Part shown: one piece after another, positions 12,305 to 24,419 of the stretch | Layout: every line of letters begins with the position of its first letter | Numbering within the stretch: position 1 is the first letter of the stretch | From: Anthoceros angustus | Lineage: Eukaryota; Plantae; Anthocerotophyta | DNA: 64,000 nt | Assembly (NCBI GenBank): GCA_010909165.1 | Contig: MU008181.1 | Span: forward strand, 992,001-1,056,000 | Direction: 5' to 3' | Notes under the pieces: generated by a model | Seen by the model: only the letters and a program-made list of their open reading frames with translations | Database searches by the model: none | What the model was told of the DNA's origin: nothing | Position numbers and translations under genes: made by a program

Positions 12305-13655
12305 GTCATAATTTGGAGGCATCAGTGGTAGCAAAAGAGGAAGGAGGCGCTATGGTGCAACGCACGTATCTGGAAGAGTAACACGAACTGTTGAGTAAAT
12401 TTTTTTATGTAAGGAGGTAGGGTGCTAAGCATGCATGTGAAGGATTAACGAAACGGTTTGATGTAAGGAGGTAGGGTGCTAAGCGTGCATGTGAAGGATT
12501 AACGAAACAGTTGATCTGATTGATCTCAAACAGCTTTCTTCAACATGTAAGAAAAAGAATGAACATTTTTGCTGGTGATTTGGACCAGACGTGGAATGAA
12601 GAGCCTATGGTACAGGTGTACGACAAAAGTGATGGATAAACCTGGTCCTGTATTGCTAATGTGGCTCTTCGCTAGAGCTGCACTTTGTGTAACGAATCGA
12701 TTAACGCTAGGAGCACGCACGAGAGTAACAAGTAAATGCATATTTTAAGTTGCACCTTTTCTGGAATCTGCATCAAGGGGGAAAACCAAGTTGAAACTTC
12801 AAACCTCGTAATATATTACACTAAAGACTTCATTCTAAGAGAATAGAGTAGAGACGAGATGGAAAATCCCATCTACCCCTGAAGTTCGAGGAGGAACAAC
12901 CTAAAAAGGGCTAATGATAAAAGGGAAGTCCTAGTCCCCTCGAATGCCTTTCCCGTAACTACCTACTGCACCAATGATATCGTGATCAGGGATTCTAAGT
13001 AAGTGTATGTTTTGTGGGTTTGCCAAAGGTACTACAAATGCAAAGCCGAGGAGGATCAGGAGGAAGCAACTGTCGAGAAGAAGTTTGCGTTGACGAGACT
13101 GGAGCTTGAAACCTCTCAAAAGACTTACCAATATTTTTTGAATGGTTTTTGAGCTGCGAGGTTTTCTTACATGCATGGCAAGTGTATTCTAATCTCCAAA
13201 ATTTCCATGATTCACATCCAAGTGATGTAGAGAAGAATTTGCTTTGTTGAAGACTTGGTTTCATAGAACTGCACATGGTATTAACCCTTTGTGGTCAAGT
13301 ATTTATGGGATGTCGGAGAAGAATTTTTAGAGGCTAACCCACTAGATGCTGGAGAACCTAGTATGAGGTTTATAACCATGGTGTACAAGACTTTTTTGAC
13401 GGATACAAGGGAGCAACATTCCGTGTTTTGACGGATACAAGGGAGCTACATTCCGTGTTTGATAGGTTTGAACGTGCAACCGCTTTGCACTAACAATAAG
13501 GTCATAATTTGGAAGTACCAGTGGTAGCAAAAGAGGAAGGAGACGCTATGGTGCAAAGCGTGCATGTGGAAGTGTCACACGGACTATTGAGAAATTGCTT
13601 GATGTGAGGCGTTATGGTGCAAAGCGTGCATCTGAAAAATTAGCGAAACGGTAGA
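12305..13655. repeat. Diverged direct repeat (12305-12510 vs 13500-13655) including a 54-bp tandem unit; brackets a decayed coding-like relic
   Basis: gtcataatttgga..cagtggtagcaaaagaggaagga.cgctatggtgcaa at both sites; atgtaaggaggtagggtgctaagc..gaaggattaacgaaac twice in tandem. Confidence 0.7.
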
Positions 13656-15083
13656 GGAACTATTTGATGCGACTAATATTTGGGCTTCAATTTTTGGGCT
13701 TCAAAATAACCCCTACCCCAAAAATACTGCCCATATATGGGCACACGGCCTACTAGGTACCTACCTATGACTTTTGGGACGAAATGCAGAATGATTTCCA
13801 AGAACCAAAGCCGGTTGAGTTGGGGCATGCAGGATGAAATGCCTACCTCACCAAGCCTAACTAGAAAGAGACAAAAATCCACCTAAAGACTGAACTTAAT
13901 AATACTTATGTGAACTACTTATGTGTCCTTGATACTCAAGGCATGGCCGTCGAACCGGGAAAAGCTGGGTACGAGGCTCCAAATGGGGCTGCAAAGTCCA
14001 CGGCATCGCCGATTGTAGACAGCATAAACTAGTAGTACGAGGTAAGCGGGAGTATGGGCATGGACTCTAACAATTCACAACCATTCTTTCAACGTGGCAA
14101 AAGACGTCTAAGCCGTTTAAGTTCAAGTTTCCATTCCTATGACCTGTCAACTCCCCTATAAATCTGTCTTAAGGCCGAGCGCATCAGATTGTCAGAGGTG
14201 AAAATTTTTCCACACAGAGATTCAGGGTGTAGAATAAGATTCAAGTCATCATATGCTGGCCACACCAAAGACTCGTCCGACACATGAGAAAGACCCACAC
14301 CGACCTTCACCTAATTATCGACCTAGGGTGTCCCTGACTTGAGTCAGAGGCTCGACCAAAGAGGCTTCAGACATTGATGGAAGTCTTTCAGAATCCCCGA
14401 CTTCTGTCGAAGATCAAGAAGAGACAATCAGCAGGGGTAATCAGACCGCCCGTCTCTGCATTCATCATCATGAAGACATCCACCTGTCAACCCAAACCAG
14501 AACACCGAGCTACAAGCAGAATCTGTGTGCAGGACCATTTGACACCAAGGCAAACACGACACTTGGGTTGGTAAGATCCGCTCGTAGATCCTTCTAGCAT
14601 CCTTATTTAACATCAGGACAACCAAGGAGAAACCCTAATGCTGGTAAGAATGCATCCTTCCCTAAGGAGAGGAGACAGCGGATGACAAAGAGAGACCAAA
14701 AAGTTTGAACTCCATGCTAGCTGAAGCTGCACAAAGAACTAGCTGCAAAAACGGTTAAGCTTGGACGCTGACAGCACCCAGAAGTCAAAACCAGCTAGAC
14801 AAACTACTAGTTCCAAAAGCACAGCATGCCATAGCCACGGCTCAGAAAGTGGATAAACTCAGCACAGGAAAAAAAAATCCTCAGATGTCCAGACATAATT
14901 ACTCCGATCATCACCACCGTGGCATCAGCGCTTGCGGAACACATGGTCCTCCACGTCAAACAACCATGACAACCGGGTCTGGTTCTTGTCATCAGCCTGT
15001 CCCAGATTACGACATTTAGCCTGCTTCTCACTCCCGCCCGCAAGACAGCTGCTCACCTTCACGACACAACTCGTTTAGGGTTG

Positions 15084-15172
15084 GCAGGCAGGCCTTGAAA
15101 GCCTGTTGCGCAGGCAGGCCATGAAAGCCTGTTGCGCAGGCAGGCCTTGAAAGCCTGTTGCGCAGGCAGGCC
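15084..15172. repeat. 26-bp tandem repeat, 3+ copies
   Basis: gcaggcaggcc(t/a)tgaaagcctgttgc repeated. Confidence 0.9.
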
Positions 15173-15830
15173 CGAGCAGCACATCTCAGGGAAGCTGCGC
15201 CCAGCAGTCTGCAACTTCTCTAAGATCATAGCAGGGTGTGACATCACAACGAAGAGGACCGTCGTCACAAGAGTGGGTCGACACTGACGTGTGCCGCACA
15301 GGCAGGCCAGGCGGCCCGACAGGCAGTAAGAACCATCAGATCGATCAATGACCTCGCGAACCCTCCTTATAGCCAAAAACTAGGGCTTCATCACCTAATT
15401 TGTGGAACCCTAGTTCTATGTTAGGGAAGGCCAGAGAGGGAATGGCGCGGTTTCCGTACGAAAATGTCTCTCATTCTGCTTCGCTTCCTGGGTCGCGAAG
15501 TGCATACATACACATGTCGCGAATTTGGTACACAGCAGCCATGGCACGCGAAGCCCTAGAAAATAACAACGAGCAAAAAAAGAGCTTGCAGGAGGCTCAG
15601 CAAGAGAGGATGTTTGCCTCCAGTCACGAATTGTGACTGGAAAAATTAGCGAAAAATAGCAGAAGCGCCCAACAGCGCAAGCACGGTCGGAACATTCTAG
15701 TCAAGTTGTAAGAGAAGCGTGGGAGCAGTACCCATTGACTAGAGCAATTGAGGCCTTTCTTTCAGCTTGCCGATTTCCTTCATGATCGAAGGCCTCAACG
15801 CAATGGGTGCCTGTCTGGCCAATAAATCAG

Positions 15831-15908
15831 TAGAAACGGCTCGGAATTAGACCATCATGTAGAAACAGCTGGGAACTGGACCATCATGTAGAAACGGATC
15901 GGAATTCT
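15831..15908. repeat. 29-bp tandem repeat (~2.7 copies) downstream of RPC8
   Basis: tagaaac.g...ggaa.t.gaccatcatg units. Confidence 0.7.
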
Positions 15909-15984
15909 GCACTCCACTTAGGCGCATAGCCAAAGCATACAGCCGACAATTTAGGGCAGATTCAACGAAGTCCATTCTCGTCGC

Positions 15985-16557
15985 CTAAGCCTCGGACCAC
16001 CACGAGACCAGACCAAGGCCATCGGCACTGATATCCCCGGTGATCACCATTGGAGCAAACGGCTTCGCATCCTTGTCCTGCTCAAGAGGAAGAGGAGGAT
16101 ACTTGACTTGAGCAACACGAAACCGTACCGTCTCTTCAAGGTCCATGAACATCTTAGTATCGGAGTAATTCCAAAACCAAAGCTTTTCAGTTTCATCGTA
16201 GGCTGAAGGTTGCTGCAGGTAGAAATCAGGTACAAACACGTCGCTGAAGAAGTCCAGAGTCAGCTGAAGCCCCGTCTGGTCGCAGCTCTTGAGCTTTGCT
16301 GTCAGCACCTCCCCGACGAAAGGTCGGAACATCACCAGCCTGAAGGTGATGCTGAAAGATGGAGCACCTTCAGATGGGAGGACATAGCCACCTACTATGG
16401 ACTGCACATCGTAGATGGTCACGCACAGCCCCAAATCCTTCACCACCTTGTCAACGTATCGAGCGTGAAGCAAATTCCACACCGCTTCCTCCAAAGGCAA
16501 GCTCAGATCCTGTGGTGGCAGATGTAGGTCTTCGTGCAGCAGAGCCAGCGTGAACAT
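15985..16557 (-). CDS. RPC8: RNA polymerase III subunit RPC8/C25 (Rpb7-like), intronless CDS
   Basis: 190-aa ORF with YVDKVVKDLGLCVTIYD, FRLVMFRPFVGEVL, GLQLTLDFFSDVFVP and C-terminal GLGLVSWW typical of Rpc25. Confidence 0.93.
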   Translation of the reverse strand: MFTLALLHEDLHLPPQDLSLPLEEAVWNLLHARYVDKVVKDLGLCVTIYDVQSIVGGYVLPSEGAPSFSITFRLVMFRPFVGEVLTAKLKSCDQTGLQLTLDFFSDVFVPDFYLQQPSAYDETEKLWFWNYSDTKMFMDLEETVRFRVAQVKYPPLPLEQDKDAKPFAPMVITGDISADGLGLVSWWSEA

Positions 16558-16938
16558 CGTGAATTCACCCTCCCAATTCCCCGGTGCATCGAGTCTCCTT
16601 GTCTTGTTCCAAACATATATACATATGTACAGAGAAAGAGAACGTAAAAGATAATTCTGGATGTAAAACCGACGGAACGGGAAATAGACCCCGTTTCAAC
16701 CGTTCCCGCCAGTTTTGCACCAACAAGGCAGGACTTTCAGTCATGCAGGCAGGCATGGCGGATTCTTGAGCTCAAGCTTGACGAATGATGCAGGCACAGT
16801 GAGCTTGCTGATTTCTGGTGGTTGTAGACAGCGGGTTAAGGCATTTGCGGAGGATTGGAAATTGGGAAGATCACGGTTTGGCTGGTGGTTCCTGGTGATC
16901 ACCATTTTGGTGAGGAATGGAGGCGTGATATAGGAATA
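16558..16938. promoter_or_regulatory. Short divergent (bidirectional) promoter region between RPC8 and POLD1, with an E2F-like site TTCCCGCC at 16703-16710
   Basis: The two start codons are 381 bp apart in head-to-head orientation; TTCCCGCC resembles the E2F consensus (W)TTSSCSS. Confidence 0.5.
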
Positions 16939-19900
16939 ATGAATTTGGCCAGTCGCGAGATGGACAGCAAGCGGCGGCCCCCTCCGGCGGGCCCTCCTCC
17001 CAAGAGATTTCACGGGCCTAATAATGAGCCTCCAGATGTCGAGGAAGAGGATGTTGATGAGGACGTGTTTTTTGATGAAACTCTGCTGGCGGAAGAGCTG
17101 CACCAGGTGGAGGCCGTGGAAGCCCGTCTCGCCAAATGGAATAGACCTCCAGTTCCAGAGAGAAATCCTCAAGCTCACAGCTTAGGTCGGAATTGTCTGA
17201 GTGGTGACCTGTTGATCTGATGAGGTTCTCACACTTGCCACAGAGCTGCACGTGGATTTAATCCGTGGACTCTGACCCGTTCTGCTGCGATGTCCTTTGC
17301 CAGTGTTTCAACAGCTGGAGATAGATTATGTGATCGACAGGACAGCACAAGCAGAGCCTGCTGCTGTGCTTCGAATGTTCGGAGTAACCGAAGAAGGTGT
17401 GGGTTCCATGTGCAGGCTTTCTGTACGGCATTTCGATTGTATCACGCAAAGCGTAATTTTGAGGTTCTGGTTCGTGCAGGAAACAGTGTGTGTTGTCTTG
17501 TGCATGGGTTTCAACCATATTTCTACATTAGCTGCACAGATGGGTTTGGCCCAGATGACATTCCCACCTTTCGTCGAACCCTTGAGGTAAAATGATGCCT
17601 GCGATTGATGCTCTGCTGAAATATAGCGAAATCATTGTTACCTGTGGATGTTTATGGACTGCGGACTCAAAGTCTGGAATTTGGCTGGCAGACGCGCATG
17701 GGCGAGGCCAACCGGAAGACTGGCTTAAAGCAATATATAACAAGGATTGAAATTGTACAGAAGAGAAGTCTTATGTACTTTCAGCAGCAGAAGAGCAGGC
17801 CTTTTCTGAAAATATTTGTTGCATTGCCTACCATGGTTGCAAGTTGCAGAGGTATTAGCCCTTTTATATCTGCTGTTTCGTCTTCATATTCTGCGCTTTG
17901 GATGATCTCTCAATATTATGTGAGAAATGCCCGGGGTGCAAGCCTCTTGTGGGGTCACATGCTTCGGAGAAGGTAGCTCTGAATACCATCTTCTGTGGAT
18001 TCTGCAGGAATTCTTGAAAAGGGCATACAAATTGATGGTCTCGGACACAAGAGTTTCTTGACTTATGAAAGCAATGTCCTATTCGCTTTGCGGTTTATGA
18101 TTGATTGTCATGTTGTCGGTGGAAACTGGATTGAACTTCCAGCTGGGAAATATCGCTACACAGGGAAGTCCATATCGTACTGCCAGATTGAAGTCAATGT
18201 GATGTATCCAATCAATTTGTTATCTTCACTGGAAATGCTTGGGTCGTTCATGTTGTGATTTGTCCTGTCTACTTTGTTCTCCTTAACAAAGCACAGGTAT
18301 AGTGACCTTATAAGCCATCCAGCCGTTGGACAGTACTCCAAGATGGCACCGTTTCGCATCTTGAGTTTTGACATTGAGTGCGCAGGCCGGAAAGGGCACT
18401 TCCCTGAGCCTGATAAGGATCCTGTGATTCAGGTACTAGTGTGTCCCAACTTACATTTTCTTTTGAGGAATCTTCTTACCTTTTGCACCATTTCAGAAGC
18501 ACTACATGTCTGACCTCTGTGCATCATGTTCTGAATATCGTGCAGATTGCCAACCTGGTAACTGTTCAAGGAGAGAATCAACCAATGGTGCGAAATGTCA
18601 TGACCTTGAAGTCTTGTGCCCCGATAGTGGGCTCAGATGTTATGCCGTTTGAATCAGAGGCCGAAATTTTATTGGCTTGGAGGGTATGTGCAAAGCCAAG
18701 ATGGTGTGAGCTTCTGTTGAATTCTGTTTGCATTTGAATTTCTTCTAAATTAGCATTGTCCATGGCTGTGAAATTTGCTCCTTTTGCTGCAGGACCTTGT
18801 GCAAAAGGTAGATCCCGACCTTATCATAGGCTACAATATCTGCAAGTTTGATCTACCATATTTGGTTGAGGTAATTATTAACCACAACTTGTTGACGCAG
18901 TTCAAATGCTGTCAGTGCAGTCAGCATCTATTGAGTGTGGCAACTTGAGGTCTATTCCCATGTTTGTTTGTTTGTATCTGCAACCCTGTGGCTCAGCAGA
19001 GTGTACCACCTTCTGAGATCTGTTTATATGGCTGCGGATCTTTCCAGAGGGCTGAGACACTTAAAATAGGGGGCTTTCCCATTCTTGGTCGCATAAGAAA
19101 TAGCAGGCTTCGCATGAGGGACGCCAAATTCCAATCAAGGTATTGCTGCTTTGGTGTTCCACTTAAAATCTGTACACCTTTTCTATGTGAATGGTTGTTG
19201 AGCTACAAACGTTCGGACCTCACTTCTGAAGCTTAGTAAGACTTTGATATCTATGCAGGCAATATGGTACTAGAGAGAGTAAGGAGTTGACAATAGAAGG
19301 TCGTGTGCAGTTTGATGTTCTACAGGTATTGAACTTGACTGCATCTATGGCGAAGAGTTTGTTCAGCTACAGTCTAAGCAGCAATATCCTGCTCTTGTAT
19401 CTGCATGTAGGAGGTTCATGAATCACTCTTGCATGTGCAGGCCATCCAAAGAGATTACAAGCTGAGTTCATACTCTTTGAATTCTGTTTCAGCTCATTTT
19501 CTTGGAGAGCAGGTTTGTCTCCTCCTTCCGTCACTGCTGCCTAGTTGCAAAATAAAGGCTCTGTGTCTAGTCTTGGCAGCAATTGTGACATATTGGCACT
19601 TCAATTTTGACCTTGCAACCTGGTAAACAGAAGGAGGATGTTCACCACTCAATCATCTCAGACTTGCAGAGTGGTAATGCCGAAACTCGTCGACGGCTTG
19701 CTGTGTACTGTCTGAAGGTTAGTGAAGTACACCAGCAGTGCCAAGCTTGTCTCACCTGAATGTATTCACTAGTAGGATCAGAGCTATGTATCCTTGTTTC
19801 TATCTCTTGATTCATATCTTTCTCCAACATGATCTAGGATGCATACCTTCCCCAGCGTCTGCTGGATAAGCTAATGTATGTTTACAATTACATCGAAATG

Positions 19901-22900
19901 GCCCGAGTTACTGGAGTCCCTGTGTCCTTCCTCTTGGCACGAGGTCAAAGTATTAAGGTACTGTTGTGATTACTCTTATCCATGTTTAGTGTGTCAGCTC
20001 TCTCATGAATGCTTCTGAAACAAGTGTAGAATCTGTGCAGGTACTGTCACAAATACTAAGGAAATCAAAACAAAGAAACTTTGTTGTTCCCAATGTGAAA
20101 GGTCAATCAGCTGGCCAGGAAGGGTTTGAAGGAGCAACTGTAAGTCACTTACTGCTATACTGACTGACATCAGGGCAATCCTAAGATTCCCAATCTTTCT
20201 GAAAGGTAGACAGGGTAGACATTAAAATAAATCTCTACTAATTTGATGTCCTTGTTCTGACTTGCTTGGTAGGTTCTGGATGCAAGGGCTGGTTTTTACG
20301 AGAAGCCAATTGCAACCCTTGATTTTGCTTCCCTATACCCATCTATTATGATGGCATATAATCTATGTTACTGCACGCTGGTACCCCTTGTGCCAACAAT
20401 GGATTTAAAATTTTCAGCCTGTTCTCCTGTAAAGTATCGGTGAGCCACAGATTCTCACATTGTGTACCCCCATCTAGGTGAGATCCGAGGACGTGAGCAA
20501 GTTGAATCTGCAGCCTGAAAACATGCTGAAAACCCCATCTGGTGAAACATTTGTTAAAGCTGATCTGGAGAAGGTAATGCCTTGTTGAGTCCTCGACGCG
20601 AGTGGCTTCTGCAGTTCTATAGTTTGCAGAAAGCCTGAAAGCATGCCCCTCATTAGGGAATATTGCCAGAGATTCTTGAGGAGCTTCTTGCTGCAAGGAA
20701 GCGAGCTAAAGCTGACTTGAAGGTAAGCGATTTGGCTGTGCATCATTCTTTCGGAGCAGAGTATCTAGACAATTTAAATGTCTTGATGTCTAACTGTTTC
20801 TATTCGGTGAACAGGAGGCCACAGATCCTTTTGAAAAGGCTGTTCTGGATGGTAGACAGCTTGCGTTGAAGGTATTGCCTTTGCATTGTGTGATTCTAGG
20901 AATTGGTATTTTCCTTGCCCCAGAAGTAATACAAAGTCTTGCAGGTCAGTGCAAATTCTGTGTACGGGTTCACTGGAGCAACGATTGGCCAGCTTCCCTG
21001 TCTGGAGATATCTTCCAGTGTTACCAGCTATGGTATTCCCTGTATCCACAGTGAAGGACTACCTTGCCGGGGTGTCGTTCTATTTGAGATTCTTGTGCTG
21101 ACACTTAGTTTTCCAGGGCGACAAATGATTGAGCACACAAAGAAGTTGGTGGAAGAGCGGTTCAACACAAGAAACAACTACGAATATGATGCAGAGGTGA
21201 AAATTGCTCTCTTTAAGAACTTATTTCGCTGGACGTAGGATATTCTCTAACTCTGACCACTCTGATGTTTCGTACATTTAGGTTGTTTATGGTGACACCG
21301 ACTCTGTTATGGTACAATTTGGAGTTTCCAATGTGGACGAGGCTATGAAACTGGGTCGAGAAGCTGCAGAGTACATCAGTGACACCTTTATTAAGGTGAC
21401 TGCAAGTCATTGTATGATTTTTATTCGTCGACGGGGCACGTTTGCTTGACATGTTACGCTCTTTTCTTAGAAGAAAATAAGTTGATGACTGATATTTACT
21501 GGAGATCTTGCGTGCTGCGTTTTTCTTATACATATTATGAGCAGCCAATCAAGCTGGAGTTTGAGAAAGCCTACTTTCCGTATCTTCTTATCAGCAAAAA
21601 GCGATATGCAGGGTTGCTGTGGACGAAACCGGACAAGCATGATAAGATGGACACCAAAGGTAGGTCCTCCTCCAAGGTGGCGGGGTGAATGGTTCGCTTG
21701 CTTATGTGGCACGAACGTAATCCTGCCTACGGATGCTCAGGAATTGAGACCGTCCGGAGAGATAATTGTCTCCTGGTGAAAAACTTGGTGACCGAATGCC
21801 TCAACAAGATCCTTATAGACCGCGATGTTCCAGGAGCTGTACAGTATGTTAAAAGCACTATTTCTGATTTGCTCATGAACAGAATGGATCTTTCGCTACT
21901 GGTTATTACCAAGGTTTGTAGCTGACCAGATTATGTTGTGCGCAAATTAAGCATGTGCTCTCAGAGTTTTGCCGCTGACCCTTACTGGACGAGTTTACTC
22001 TGGATAACAGGGGTTGACAAAAACGGGAGATGACTATGCCGTCAAGGCTGCTCATGTTGAGCTTGCTGAACGGATGCGCAAGGTAGTTCGGAGACACATC
22101 ATCTCCTCCTTTGAAGTGATGTGCACTTCTCTTCTTGATGTTGCTACTTCTGACTCCACGCTGGGCGTCCAGCGAGATGCTGCAACTGCTCCAACTGTAG
22201 GTGATCGCGTCCCATATGTTATCGTTAAAGCTGCGAAGGGAGCGAAGGCAAGTCTTGAAATTGATATGTTTGTAGTCTCTTGACTTGGCTGGAAAAATTT
22301 TCGTTCTCCTATTCATGTCTCTTCAGACCTCAAATTACAGGCTTATGAAAGATCAGAAGACCCCATCTACGTTCTGGAAAACAATATACCAATTGACCCT
22401 CAGTATTACCTGGAGAATCAACTCAGTAAGGTTGGTACAGTTTTCTAATCTGCATACTTTCTTTGCGCGAAACTTGGGTTCTCAGCTGACGAGGAGGTCG
22501 TGTTCATGGTAGCCTTTGCTCCGAATATTTGATCCAATATTAAAGAATGCAAGCAAGGAGCTTCTGCACGGCAGCCATACTCGGTCTGTCTCTATATCTA
22601 CCCCGTCCAATAGTGGTATCATGAAATTTGCGAAGAAGAAACTGAGCTGCATAGGCTGCAAGACTCCGATAAGGTATGTCCCGACAGGTTTTGGACTTTT
22701 AGTACAGGTCGTTAGGCAGATGCTAACCGGCTGGCTTGCAGCGAGGAAGATCAAACCTTGTGTAAGCACTGCCATGGGCGTGAAGCAGAGCTCTATCAGA
22801 AGACCGTCTCTAATGGTCAGTTCCCCCGTCATCCCTCGTGTACAGCCTTTATGATCAAGTTCGTCGCTGACTGGTGTAGCATATGGATCGAACAGTTCGA

Positions 22901-23184
22901 GACCTGGAAGACCTTTTCGGGAAATTATGGACACAGTGTCAGCGGTGTCAAGGGTCCTTACATCAGGATGTTTTGTGCACGAGGTTGTTGCAGTATCCAA
23001 TCTATGCTTGCCATATCCAATCTATGCGTGCCACATTTGCTGGTGAAGGTAGTCCTTTCTTTGTGCTTACAAATATAATACACCCCCCGTGCACATCTGC
23101 AGTCGTGACTGCCCCATATTTTACCGTCGGAAGAAAGCACAGAAGGACTTATCAGAGGCAGAAGTGCAGCTGGACCGATGGTAA
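16939..23184 (+). CDS. POLD1: DNA polymerase delta catalytic subunit (~30 exons; start at 16939 or 16960)
   Basis: Exo [84 protein letters not shown]-terminal CysA/CysB (CIGCK..CKHC; [23 protein letters not shown]); stop after QLDRW at 23182-23184. Confidence 0.97.
18204..18296 (+). other. Probable U12-type (minor spliceosome) GT-AG intron in POLD1
   Basis: Donor GTATCCAA and branch point TCCTTAAC 9 nt before the 3' end; removal restores EVNVMYSDLISH. Confidence 0.7.
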
Positions 23185-23983
23185 TTGTTCCCTTCTCTTT
23201 ATCCATAACATGTCATTGAGGCCATTGGCCACAACATCAACCCGAACGGGTGGCATTCCATTTTCAGGGAGACATGACAAGCTCGGTTAAGAGTACAGGG
23301 AGTTGAAACCTCGAGGAGAACTCACGGAGCGACACTGCTGCGGGTGCGGGTAGCTGTAAGCATCTCTCGAGCCGTTTGGGATTTGTTATACCACCTTGAA
23401 GGAACTTGGGACGGCACTAAACACTAACTAACTGCCCTCGTCTGACGGAGTTTAGATCCTGTGGTCCTTTGACCTGGCCTCGCCGTTGAAGAAGTTGGAA
23501 GCTTGCCTTTAAACTGTTTTGCGTTATCACTAGGAGCGGTGAGTACTACCAACTCCAGTACAGATTGACCTATATGTACATGGTGTTGAACACAGACGGG
23601 TGCAGGGCAAAGTGTCTCGCTCTGTATGTCAGGGCTTGCCTTTGCGGTAGGGGACAATTTTTACATATATCACCACGCGGCGGCAGAAATAGCCAGTTTC
23701 TCTTGTGTTAATTTCAAGTTCGTGCGATCCTTCTCCTATGGTGGTGTTCTTAGGCCAAATGGACACACATTTATAAGAACACTGCTAATAAGCATCATGT
23801 GCTTACATCGGTGCTTAGAGGAGTGGATGTCTTGGTGCAAGTAGACACAAAGGTGCAGATGATTTCCGCAAACCGTTTCCAGCTCTAACTAATAGTTTTC
23901 CTTCTGGCGTGCCACATTCAGCTTTGGTAGTTCATGATTCAGAACATTCTCACACCCTTGGTGGTGTGGTCTTCCTCCCTTGA

Positions 23984-24300
23984 AGCCCGCTTTCAGCCAG
24001 GGTTTGCTCCCTAACCTGTCGCCCCACCTTGAGTAGCCCGCTTTCAGTCAGCACAAATCAGGGTTTGCTCCCTAACCCGTCATTCCACCGCTTTGAGGAA
24101 GTGCAAATCAGGGTTGATTATCTAACTCATCGTCCCACGGTCATCCCACCGCTTTGAGGAAGTGCAAATCAGGGTTGATTATCTAACTCATCGTCCCACG
24201 TTGAGCAGCCCCGCTTTCAGCTAGTATAAGTTAGGGTTTACTATCTAACCCAGTTTTGCTTTCAGCTAGTATAAGTTAGGGTTTACTATCTAACCCAGTT
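23984..24300. repeat. Degenerate minisatellite (~6 units, 45-63 bp), each with GCTTT(C/G)AG and a GGGTT-N8-AAC(C/T) hairpin
   Basis: cagggtttgctccctaacc x2, cagggttgattatctaactc x2, ttagggtttactatctaaccc x2. Confidence 0.8.
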
Positions 24301-24419
24301 TATGATATGCAATTTAATAAATATAATATGTTTATCCATATGATAAAAATTTACTTTCATGTCATTATGCTATGTTATGACAATGACTAAATAAGTACTC
24401 ACTAGCTAAATATGAAAAA

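Noticed and set aside
351-23184. Functional cluster of polymerase genes (Pol IV/V, Pol III RPC8, Pol delta)
   Set aside because: The genes are separated by a cellulase and TE debris; apart from the RPC8-POLD1 divergent pair there is no evidence beyond chance.
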